A DNA stretch of 64,000 nucleotides from Clostridia bacterium (GTDB lineage: Bacteria; Bacillota; Clostridia; TANB77; CAG-508), in the NCBI GenBank assembly GCA_017530505.1, contig JAFXMI010000022.1:7283-71282 (forward strand). The letters are read 5' to 3'. Below the pieces are notes generated by a model. That model did not search any database. It was not told the DNA's origin and saw nothing but the letters and a program-made list of their open reading frames with translations. Both the position numbers and the translations under genes were made by a program. Positions 9,900 to 18,191 of this stretch are shown in pieces; position 1 is the stretch's first letter, and each line of letters begins with the position of its first letter.

Positions 9900-10008
9900 T
9901 TGTTACAATTCACGGCCGATGTCTTTTTATTTAGCTGAAACATATACAATTTAGTTTTATATATGTTTCAGTTTTTAATAAATTTATATAAGCCATGAAT
10001 TGTAACTA
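9900..10008. repeat. Intergenic element bounded by inverted GTTACAATTCA arms (copy A), with an inner 12-bp hairpin
   Basis: Left arm ttgttacaattcacgg, right arm ccatgaattgtaac (14-nt inverted repeat, one mismatch). Inner stem ctgaaacatata/tatatgtttcag. The same arms recur at 31738-31861. Confidence 0.6.
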
Positions 10009-10062
10009 TTATAATTGTTTATTATACAATACGAAAGTTATAATTTTTTATGTAATAATAAT

Positions 10063-10113
10063 ATAAAAAGTTCTCAATAAGTGATAAGTTTTACACTTAA
10101 TAGAACTTTTTAT
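10063..10113 (-). terminator. Putative terminator of the cotJ operon
   Basis: 12-bp stem ataaaaagttct/agaactttttat about 30 nt downstream of the cotJC stop. Confidence 0.5.
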
Positions 10114-10144
10114 ATTAAACAATTATATAGCTATTAGTATTTTA

Positions 10145-10384
10145 TTAATTTGTATAAAATTTCTTTTGAGAAAGTTTATCTTGAACACTATTTAAAGCTT
10201 CTCCAAATCTTTGGAAATGAACAATTTCTCTTGCTCTTAAAAATCTCAAAACATTTACAACATCTGGATCATCTTTACAAAGATCTATTAGTTTTTCATA
10301 AGTTGCTCTTGCTTTTTGTTCTGCTGCTAAGTCTTCTGTTAAATCTGCAACAGGATCTCCTTTAACTGCAATTGTAGCTGCTGT
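10145..10384 (-). CDS. cotJC: cotJC 3' segment (C-terminal ~79 codons of a manganese-catalase-family spore coat protein), separated from its 5' segment
   Basis: Not in the track because it has no start codon. Minus-strand translation: (T)AATIAVKGDPVADLTEDLAAEQKARATYEKLIDLCKDDPDVVNVLRFLRAREIVHFQRFGEALNSVQDKLSQKKFYTN*. This matches the C-terminal half of CotJC/Mn-catalase. Confidence 0.85.
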   Translation of the reverse strand, partial: TAATIAVKGDPVADLTEDLAAEQKARATYEKLIDLCKDDPDVVNVLRFLRAREIVHFQRFGEALNSVQDKLSQKKFYTN

Positions 10385-10405
10385 TATTTTAAGGATATAT
10401 TTTTA

Positions 10406-12028
10406 TTAACTAGTAATATTTGAAAAAACAAGCTTTAAATTTATATTATGATTACTATCAAATTCAATTTTATCTATCAATTTACACAATAGCTGTTTAT
10501 TTATATTATTTGATTTTAAAAACTCATCAGATAGCTTTTTTATTTGATCATAGCTTATTTTATATCTTGATCTTTCAGTATTGATTCTTTTATCTAAGTC
10601 AATAATTTGCTTTTTACAATTTTCAATCTCATTTTCTTTTTGTTCTTTTATTGATAAAAATGTTTCATTATTAATTATGTTTTCAAGCTTATCATTATAT
10701 ATAGTTTTAATTTGTTCAATTAGTTTATCCATTTTTAAGCTTAATCTTTGTTTATCTTCTTCTAATCTATGACATTCATAATTAATACTCTTTTCAAGAT
10801 TATCCATAACTGCTTTTATATCATTATCATTAAAAATTATTTTTTTACATTCTTTTTCTATTATTGGAATTATAATTTTATATAATTTTTTACTGCTTAT
10901 AGATTTGGTATTGTTACATTTCTTATTTATACCTTTGTTTGCTTCTGAACATATGTAAGAATTGATTTCACATTTTTTGCCACTTTTAGAAAGCTTTTCT
11001 TTATGTTTTAATGTTGAAATACTACCACAGTCTTTGCAATAAATTAAACCTTTAAAAATATCATCATATTTTCTATTTCTATTGTTCTTAAATCTTTCTT
11101 TTAAACTTTGGCATTTATTAAATGTTTCTATGTCAATTATTGGTTCGTGTGTATTTTCAACAATTATTTGATTTTCTTTTTTATTTATAATTCTTTCTTT
11201 TCTCCTAAAGCTTGGTTTTACTGTTTTCGCTCCTACCATTGTTCCAACATATACAGGATTACTTACAATTCTTGTTATTGTAATTTCTCTCCACCCATCA
11301 AGGTTGGATGAAACTCCTTTTATTTTTAAATATTCTCTAGGTGGTATAATATTTCTCTTATTTAAATTTTTTACAATTTCTGTACGAGTATATCCTTTTG
11401 AATACTTTTCAAAAATTTCCTTAATAATAGATGATACATCATTATCAATTATTAACTTATTTTTATTATTGGGACTTTTTTTATAACCATATGGAGCAGT
11501 ATTGCCTTGAAATAATCCTTGCTTTGCTTTTGCAATTTTTACTGCCTTAATCTTTCTTGATGTTTCTTTTGGATATTGTTCACTCATTACAGCTTTAAAA
11601 GGAATAAAATCATCATCTTCTTTGTAATATGTATCAATTGTATCTTCTGTTGCAGTAATAAATCTAACTTTTTTTAATGGAAAATATTCTTGATAATATC
11701 TAAGAACTTCATTTGTTTTACGACCTAGTCTTGTTAAATCTTTTACAACTACCATATTTATCATTTCGTTTTCAATATCACTAATCATTTCTATAAAACC
11801 TGGTCTATTAAAATTTGTTCCTGTATATCCATCATCTGTATAATCTTTGATAATTATAAATCTATTTTGTGGCTCTTTTTTAGAAAGTTCAGCTACATAT
11901 TGTCTTAATATTTTATCTTGATTAGATATACTTTCACTTTCTTTTTTTCCATCATTATCATCTCTTGATAATCTTTTATATAATCCAACATAGAATTGCT
12001 TTTCATATATGTTGTCTAACTTTTGCAA
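10406..12028 (-). CDS. Large serine recombinase (resolvase domain, recombinase domain, zinc ribbon and coiled-coil)
   Basis: N-terminal YVGLYKRLSRDDNDGKKESESISNQ catalytic-serine motif. Cys clusters CKDCGS...C and a long coiled-coil C-terminus. 540 aa, TTG start with RBS AGAGGGAGG. No CGG codons. Confidence 0.9.
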   Translation of the reverse strand: MQKLDNIYEKQFYVGLYKRLSRDDNDGKKESESISNQDKILRQYVAELSKKEPQNRFIIIKDYTDDGYTGTNFNRPGFIEMISDIENEMINMVVVKDLTRLGRKTNEVLRYYQEYFPLKKVRFITATEDTIDTYYKEDDDFIPFKAVMSEQYPKETSRKIKAVKIAKAKQGLFQGNTAPYGYKKSPNNKNKLIIDNDVSSIIKEIFEKYSKGYTRTEIVKNLNKRNIIPPREYLKIKGVSSNLDGWREITITRIVSNPVYVGTMVGAKTVKPSFRRKERIINKKENQIIVENTHEPIIDIETFNKCQSLKERFKNNRNRKYDDIFKGLIYCKDCGSISTLKHKEKLSKSGKKCEINSYICSEANKGINKKCNNTKSISSKKLYKIIIPIIEKECKKIIFNDNDIKAVMDNLEKSINYECHRLEEDKQRLSLKMDKLIEQIKTIYNDKLENIINNETFLSIKEQKENEIENCKKQIIDLDKRINTERSRYKISYDQIKKLSDEFLKSNNINKQLLCKLIDKIEFDSNHNINLKLVFSNITS

Positions 12029-12073
12029 TTTAACCTCCCTCTCTTAAAGTTTAGACAACCATTTATAATTCAC

Positions 12074-12102
12074 ATTATAACAAACAAATCTCGTTTCGTG
12101 AA
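12074..12102 (-). promoter_or_regulatory. Candidate promoter of the recombinase gene
   Basis: Minus strand reads TTCACG, 17 nt, TGtTATAAT (extended -10), about 45 nt upstream of the TTG start. Confidence 0.4.
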
Positions 12103-12125
12103 GACTTTTCTTTTACTTTAAATTG

Positions 12126-12240
12126 TTCAGTTTTTTAGAAACGTAAAGATTTGTTGTGCGAAAAATTGCAAAGCAATTTTTCTGTGCATTTGTCTTATTC
12201 TTATATAATAGTAAATGAATTTTACTATTATATAAGAATG
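12126..12240. repeat. Structured repeat unit 1 (conserved leader, 10-bp hairpin, CTGTGCA, then a ~19-bp AT-rich hairpin)
   Basis: ..acgtaaagatttgttgtgcGAAAAATTGCaaaGCAATTTTTCtgtgca.. then attcttatataatagtaaa/tttactattatataagaat. Confidence 0.7.
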
Positions 12241-12259
12241 TAAAGTTGTAAATGGCGAC

Positions 12260-12373
12260 CTAAATTTTTTCAAGAATTTTTTTAGCACAATATTCTTCAA
12301 ATATTTCAAGCATAATATTTTTTAAATCTTTATCGTTATATTGAATAGTTATATTGTAATTTTCAGTTTTCAA
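12260..12373 (-). CDS. Hypothetical 37-aa protein lying between repeat units 1 and 2
   Basis: TTG start 9 nt after GAAGAGGTG. Translation (M)KTENYNITIQYNDKDLKNIMLEIFEEYCAKKILEKI*. No recognisable family. Confidence 0.3.
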   Translation of the reverse strand: MKTENYNITIQYNDKDLKNIMLEIFEEYCAKKILEKI

Positions 12374-12432
12374 ATATATACACCTCTTCTAACAAATTTC
12401 GCTTTGAGAGAACTTTATAATATTATTAATTA

Positions 12433-12550
12433 TTCAGCTTTATATCTCGAAAAGCGTAAAAATTTGTTGACGCGAAAATTTACTTTTGTAAATTTTCTGT
12501 GCAACTGTTTTAATTAATTATATGAAAGCATTTTCATATAATTAATTAAA
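12433..12550. repeat. Structured repeat unit 2
   Basis: ..agcgtaaaaatttgttgacgcGAAAATTTACttttGTAAATTTTCtgtgca.. then a 20-bp stem ttaattaattatatgaaa/tttcatataattaattaa. Confidence 0.7.
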
Positions 12551-12610
12551 TATTGTTTAATTTAATGTTTATTCATAAAACCCAAAGTGCAAATATTATT
12601 TTTATGCGCG

Positions 12611-12646
12611 CTAAAAAGCAGAAGCCAATTTTCTTGACTTCTGCTA
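12611..12646 (-). terminator. Intrinsic terminator after the RCC1-like gene
   Basis: Minus strand: agcagaag-loop-cttctgct followed by TTTTT. Confidence 0.6.
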
Positions 12647-12774
12647 AAAATATAATATTTGATAGTAATACTATACCACATAAAAATTGCTATTTAAACT
12701 GCAGGATTTTGCAATGTTTTTGCAAAATATTATGTATATTAATTTCAAAAAATCCTAATTTATATACATATTTT

Positions 12775-14119
12775 AATCAGCCATAGTTGACATACTAGGA
12801 TCAATTACAATATTCTTTTCATACGAATTATCAATATTATTATCTATACCGATTTATGGCATGAAACTCTTTTATTGTTTCATCTTCCTTTATTCCTAAT
12901 GCCCCTTTTTCGCTTTTTCCTAATCTATACATTGTATTATTATTATCAACTATTATCGCATACTTCTTTGCAATAGATACTAATTTTACATTTTCTATAT
13001 TTATTTTTTTGCTTGTATAGTAAAATAATCTGTATATGGCTCTGTTTCTGCTAAGTTATCTATTGTAAATCCCATATTATATAATGTTCCATCTTGTTTA
13101 AGTAATAAATTATTTCTATTTTCTATTCCATTTTCAATACTTTTTATATCATTTAAAATAAATGTATTTTTAAAGTATAAATTATTCTTATCATCAATAA
13201 TAAAATATGTGTAGCCTTCATTTGATTTAATATATTCTGTAAATATTATATCTTTTATATTATTTATATATTTATTAAAATCCGTTTTATTTATTTCATT
13301 ACTCTTTTTTGTTTCTATTGAATATACAATTCCATCATTTTTTATTATAAAATCTTCATCTATGTTAGGATAACCTACAATTTTAGAAACATTACTAATT
13401 TCTATTTCAACAGGCTCTCTAGCCCATCCATTAATTTGTTCTGTTATTCCACCACATGAATGTCCAACTACTAGATATTTATCGTTTTCGTTAGTTTTAA
13501 AATAATATCTATCTCCTGTTAAAAATATATCTATAATCCTATAATTATCAATTTTTAATATTTTATTTTCTCCATTATAATATCTTGAATTAGATGCGTA
13601 TCCAAAGTAATATGCTATATTATTATTGCTTAAAGCAACAACTTGAAAATTATTGACATATATTTTTTTAATGTTTTCTACTTCTAATTGAGTTGGAATA
13701 TCAGATAAACCATCTATAGTATTTCTTCCTAATTGTCCATATTCATTACCACCCCAAGAATATATATGTCCATATTTATCTAAGGCGATAACAAAATTAC
13801 TACCTACTCCAATTTGCTCTATATTATTTAATTTTAACTTTGAAAATTTTTCTACTTGCATTCCATATTGATATCCACTTTTACTTGAATAGTGATAATT
13901 TGCACCTGCTACCCAAACACTCCCATCTTCATATAATATAACTGTATATGTATCTCCTGTTTGTAAATCTTTTATATTTTTATAACCATTTATAAATTTT
14001 TCTTCATCAAAAATTTGTTATTTTTCTTGTTCAGTCTCAATATTTATCATATTTTTCATTATAAAAAAAGCACCTATCAATAATATAAATACAAGTATTA
14101 TTATAATACTTTTCTTCAT
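12775..14119 (-). pseudogene. RCC1/beta-propeller-repeat secreted protein, disrupted
   Basis: Signal/TM start at 14119 (RBS AGGAGAGAG). RCC1-like blades such as YSWGGNEYGQLGRN. Lesions: in-frame TAA near 14020, a frame change in an A7 run near 13008-13016, and a CGG +1 site at 12849-12851. Confidence 0.75.
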
Positions 14120-14149
14120 TCTCTCTCCTAATCCTATCCATCATATACT

Positions 14150-14677
14150 TCAATATCTATTAATGAATGTAACACATTTCCTAAAATAGTCTATCAACCG
14201 TTCTGTTTCATAATACCATATAATATTGTTGTCAGTATCAATTACACCAATAAAATAATACTGTGTAATTGTTCCACCTAATTTTAGATTATTATAATAA
14301 TCATATTGATCATAAACTTTATTGTGATAATCATAATTTTTAAAAAATATATACCCTGTAGATACTGGCTCTATGCCTCTACTAAAATAAAATTTGGTAT
14401 TATCCATATCTTCAATTTTTTTCCAGTGTCCATAATTATTTATTTCTTTAATCAATAATTCCTCTTGTTCATCAGAATAATAATATCTATATAATATTGT
14501 TTTTTTACCTGTGAATGCGTACATGTCCTTAATTATTTCTTTTGAATCATATTTGAAAGAACTCCCTAATCCAATTTTTTCTAATTCTAATTCTCTATCA
14601 TCTTGCATCCACCATAATAGAAACATACTTAATAATGTGATACATATAATTCCTAAAAAAACTATTTTTTTTATCAT
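14150..14677 (-). CDS. Hypothetical single-pass membrane protein (Tyr/Asp-rich ectodomain)
   Basis: Probable start at M17 (RBS TAGGAGA). TM segment IVFLGIICITLLSMFLLWW. In-frame CGG at 14198-14200; the +1 frame would end the protein at ...YYETEG*. Confidence 0.5.
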   Translation of the reverse strand: MIKKIVFLGIICITLLSMFLLWWMQDDRELELEKIGLGSSFKYDSKEIIKDMYAFTGKKTILYRYYYSDEQEELLIKEINNYGHWKKIEDMDNTKFYFSRGIEPVSTGYIFFKNYDYHNKVYDQYDYYNNLKLGGTITQYYFIGVIDTDNNIIWYYETERLIDYFRKCVTFINRY

Positions 14678-14690
14678 TAATATTCTCCTA

Positions 14691-15800
14691 TCAAAATTCA
14701 TTGTATTCAAATTCAATATATACATTGTATGGTCTTATTACTCCATATTGCTGTGATACTACGCCACAATTATTTAAAACGCTTCCTAAAAAAGAGTTCT
14801 TATATTCTTTATCTTTTAATCTAGTTTCAGTAAAGTCATATTTGTCCTTTAAAATAATATTTAAATGCCATTTATCTTCTAGCTTTTCACCTGAAATATT
14901 TATAGTTGCATTATGTAATGAATAAAATAAATCTCCATTTTCAAAATTCACTAATAGTTCATCAGGCAAAACCGTATTTTCATTTATTTCTATTTGTAAT
15001 TGATTTTTAGAATATTTATTCAGTAATTCTTTTACTTTGCTTTGTAATAAAACATCTTCTTTTATTTCTTTAATTCTATCTAAATTTAATACATAATAAT
15101 CTTCTTCATTTTTATTATCAGCAATTAATGATTTTTGCAACAATTCTGATGAAAGATAATATTTCTTTATTAATCCACCTGATATTACTACTTCCCAAAC
15201 TACAACTTGCATAGCATAATAAACCTGATAGTAGGCAGGAACTCCTATTTTAGAACTATTAAAAATAAATTTTAATTCTTCAAGTAGATACTTTTCCATT
15301 ATTGCTTCTATCTCTTCATTATTATCAGCTTCTTTCAATTCTTTCTTAAATAAATTTATTTTTTTTGCAAATTTTAATGTTGTCTTATAAAGTCTGTAAG
15401 CTTTATTTAATGTTATAAATGGAGTAACTGTATCTAAACTATTTACTATATCATTATCTAACAGTTTATCCACTGTTTCTTTTATAGATTTAGAAAATGA
15501 AATATTATTAATTTCTTTTTCTATTTGTTTCTTTTCTTTTGATAAATCTCCATATTTAATTTTATTTAAATATTCCAAGGTTAAATATTTTTCAGCCAAA
15601 TCATATTTTTTATTTTGACTTAATCCATATTTATTATATTTTTTTGCAATTTCATTACAAAAATACTTTTCTTTGTCTTTTTCCTTTTTAGGAATTTTAA
15701 TATTTAATAAATTGCATTCTGCATTAAAACAGCCTCTTCCAAAAAGTTTGTATGAGTATGAATATGTTCTATTGCAAAGTTTACATCTTTTCTTTGACAT
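14691..15800 (-). CDS. Hypothetical protein with an N-terminal Cys4 zinc-ribbon-like motif
   Basis: MSKKRCKLCNRTYSYSYKLFGRGCFNAEC... 369 aa from M10 of the track ORF. No family recognised. Confidence 0.55.
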   Translation of the reverse strand: MSKKRCKLCNRTYSYSYKLFGRGCFNAECNLLNIKIPKKEKDKEKYFCNEIAKKYNKYGLSQNKKYDLAEKYLTLEYLNKIKYGDLSKEKKQIEKEINNISFSKSIKETVDKLLDNDIVNSLDTVTPFITLNKAYRLYKTTLKFAKKINLFKKELKEADNNEEIEAIMEKYLLEELKFIFNSSKIGVPAYYQVYYAMQVVVWEVVISGGLIKKYYLSSELLQKSLIADNKNEEDYYVLNLDRIKEIKEDVLLQSKVKELLNKYSKNQLQIEINENTVLPDELLVNFENGDLFYSLHNATINISGEKLEDKWHLNIILKDKYDFTETRLKDKEYKNSFLGSVLNNCGVVSQQYGVIRPYNVYIEFEYNEF

Positions 15801-16099
15801 ACATCTATCACTTCCTTCACATACCATATTATAACATTTTATTACTAAATATAAAACTATTTAAATTATTTTTTTAATTTTGCAAAATAAAAAATTTATA
15901 TACTATTAGTATTATTTAATAATATAATCATAATTCAAGTGGGGCAGGATAAGAAAAGCAGAGGCTTTCCTATAAACATCTAGAAAGTCAAGCTTTCTAA
16001 ACCTCTTGTTAGTCGTTAATTATGCAGATGTTTTACAGATTGCATACACTGCGGTGTATTTTATTTATGAGAATGCTGTTCTTATAGGGATTACAGCTA

Positions 16100-17128
16100 T
16101 TATTCTGTTTTATTTTTATTAATATTTTCTGTTCCTAAAAGCAATTTGTCAAAATCTGAAATAAATTTTTTATCTTGAACTATTTTATATTTTTCGTATT
16201 CATTTTCTGCTTTTTCAATTGCTTGCTTATGAGAAATCTTTCCAGAATTTTGTAATATTTCTTTTTTTCTAAAATTTAATAAATTATCTGTTTCATTTAT
16301 CCAATCTTTCATTGTCATTACTTGATTTTCCTCAGCCATTGATTCTGCATAGTCTAAAAATAAAGTTGTTAAATTATTTAATTTTTTCAGTTCTGTTTCT
16401 GTTAAATAATTTTTTGCGATTGCTACGTCATATTTATATATCATTCCTTCTGGTGCTTCTTTCCAAGTAGTTAATCCCATATTTTCTTTTTCTGAGTTTG
16501 CTCTTTCATAAATTAATTCAGCTGCAGTATGACTTGTTATAGCATAATGTAATTTATTTTGGATGATTTTAAAAAAAGTATTTGCTTCCTCTGATTTTTT
16601 ATCATAGTCAATAGAAGTTACAATAAATAAATCGGTTATTTTTTGATAAGCCATTCTTTCACTTGTACGAATTACTTTAATTCTTTCTAATAATTCATCA
16701 AAATATTGCTGATTTACTTTTCCGCCTTTTAAAAATCTATCATCATCTAGCACAAAACCTTTTATAATATATTCTTTAATTACTTTACTAGCCCATTGTC
16801 TAAATTTTACTGCTTTTTTTGAATTTACTCTATATCCAATAGAAATAATCATATCTAAGTTATAATATTTGGTTTCATATTTTTGATTTCCCATATTCCC
16901 CATATGTTCCATTTTGGAACATGTGCTTTTCTCTTGAAGTTCTTCCTCCAAATATATATTATTAATATGTTTTGTAATTGCTGGTCTTTGTACATCAAAT
17001 AAATTGGCAATGGCTTGTGTATTAAGCCAAACATCTTCATTCTGCAATATTACTTGTATTTTGGTATTTCCATCTTCATCTGTATAAAATATAATATCGT
17101 TTTCATTTCCAATTAATTTATTATCCAT
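16100..17128 (-). CDS. RhuM-family virulence/DNA-binding protein
   Basis: N-terminal IIFYTDEDGNTKIQVILQNEDVWLNTQAIANLFDVQRPAITKHINNIY and the central region are typical of RhuM-family proteins (assignment from memory). Confidence 0.7.
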   Translation of the reverse strand: MDNKLIGNENDIIFYTDEDGNTKIQVILQNEDVWLNTQAIANLFDVQRPAITKHINNIYLEEELQEKSTCSKMEHMGNMGNQKYETKYYNLDMIISIGYRVNSKKAVKFRQWASKVIKEYIIKGFVLDDDRFLKGGKVNQQYFDELLERIKVIRTSERMAYQKITDLFIVTSIDYDKKSEEANTFFKIIQNKLHYAITSHTAAELIYERANSEKENMGLTTWKEAPEGMIYKYDVAIAKNYLTETELKKLNNLTTLFLDYAESMAEENQVMTMKDWINETDNLLNFRKKEILQNSGKISHKQAIEKAENEYEKYKIVQDKKFISDFDKLLLGTENINKNKTE

Positions 17129-17255
17129 ATTATATCTACCTCATTTCTGTTATATATATTATCAAACATTTGTTTATTTGTCAATTGTTTTTTAAATATT
17201 TTAAATTTAACAAAAGGAATATTAACTATTTAAATAGCTAATATTCCTCTAAAAA

Positions 17256-18011
17256 TCATAAATTTGCATATAAGCTTTCTAAAACTTCTTTAGAATATTG
17301 TCTTCCTTGATAATTATGAAACGCATTATTATTTTTATAATTTTTATTTTTATATTTTAATACATTAACATTTTCTACTATATCATATTGAACTTTTTGA
17401 TTATATCTATATAGAACGTTTTTACAAAAGGTATCATCATTTTTGTGTATAGGTTTAATTTTTCTATATAGAATTTCTTTATGATTATTTTTATAAATAT
17501 ATTCATTTGTTGTATAACCTTTTCTTCTTAGATTATTTACTATTCTTGATATTTGATTTTTAGCTACGCCCAATATATCTTTTAAATTTTCGTTATTCAA
17601 AGTACAAGTTTTACGTAGATTACTATAGTATAATGCAATAGAAAGTATAAATTTTTCTTTGTCATTTAAATTATTATCTGATAATACATTTATAGGTATA
17701 AATAACCCTTTAAATATTCCTTTACATTCATTTATAACAACCAATGGAAACAATTGTCTTTCTTGTATATTATTTTTAGGTTTAATATGTATATATCTTT
17801 TATCTTGTAGAGTATTAATTATACTAGAAATTCTTTTTGTTGATCTATTTAGTAAATTTTCCAAATACTTATTTCTTATACAACAATAGCCTTTATTATT
17901 ACTAAAAAATATAATTAATGAATATATTATTTTTTCTTTATCTCTTAATTTTTTATCTGTTAAAATTTGATAGGGTATCCATAATCCATCTATTTTAAAT
18001 TTGTTTTTCAT
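17256..18011 (-). CDS. Hypothetical protein with two tandem winged-HTH-like repeats
   Basis: Internal duplication: DGLWIPYQILTDKKLRDKEKIIYSLIIFFSN...ISSIINTLQDKRYI versus KGLFIPINVLSDNNLNDKEKFILSIALYYSN...ISRIVNNLRRKGYT. Confidence 0.55.
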   Translation of the reverse strand: MKNKFKIDGLWIPYQILTDKKLRDKEKIIYSLIIFFSNNKGYCCIRNKYLENLLNRSTKRISSIINTLQDKRYIHIKPKNNIQERQLFPLVVINECKGIFKGLFIPINVLSDNNLNDKEKFILSIALYYSNLRKTCTLNNENLKDILGVAKNQISRIVNNLRRKGYTTNEYIYKNNHKEILYRKIKPIHKNDDTFCKNVLYRYNQKVQYDIVENVNVLKYKNKNYKNNNAFHNYQGRQYSKEVLESLYANL

Positions 18012-18191
18012 TGTATTTCTCCTTTGTTTTAAATTTAAAATAGGTTTTATGAATAAAATCTTTGATTATTTAATATGGTGAATGGTTGTCTATTCTAAGC
18101 TTTCATTATTCGCCTTAATATTACAGCATCATATGATGTTGTAATGCTAAGGGTACTTTTTTAATATCTCCTTTGTATTACAACATCAGTT

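Larger units (their letters stand above)
10385..18191. mobile_element. ~7.8-kb intervening element inserted in cotJC, carrying a large serine recombinase (skin-like)
   Basis: It separates the two in-frame halves of cotJC. The 8-bp core GCTGCTGT is present at both junctions (10377-10384 and 18192-18199). The recombinase gene abuts the left junction. Cargo is of unrelated or unknown function. Confidence 0.8.

Noticed and set aside
10150-10365. 71-aa plus-strand ORF
   Set aside because: It is antisense to the cotJC 3' segment, whose minus-strand translation matches the Mn-catalase/CotJC C-terminus.
12160-12190. CodY-box resemblance (AATTTTCTG...) within the structured repeat units
   Set aside because: Only one half-site matches the AATTTTCWGAAAATT consensus. 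The compensatory changes across copies favour a hairpin over a duplex operator.
14019-14021. In-frame TAA codons (about 14020, about 24548, about 53411) as evidence of stop-codon reassignment
   Set aside because: TAA is the normal terminator of most well-supported genes here, for example cotJC, rfbD and polC. The three in-frame TAAs are confined to accessory or already degraded loci, so nonsense mutations are the simpler explanation.
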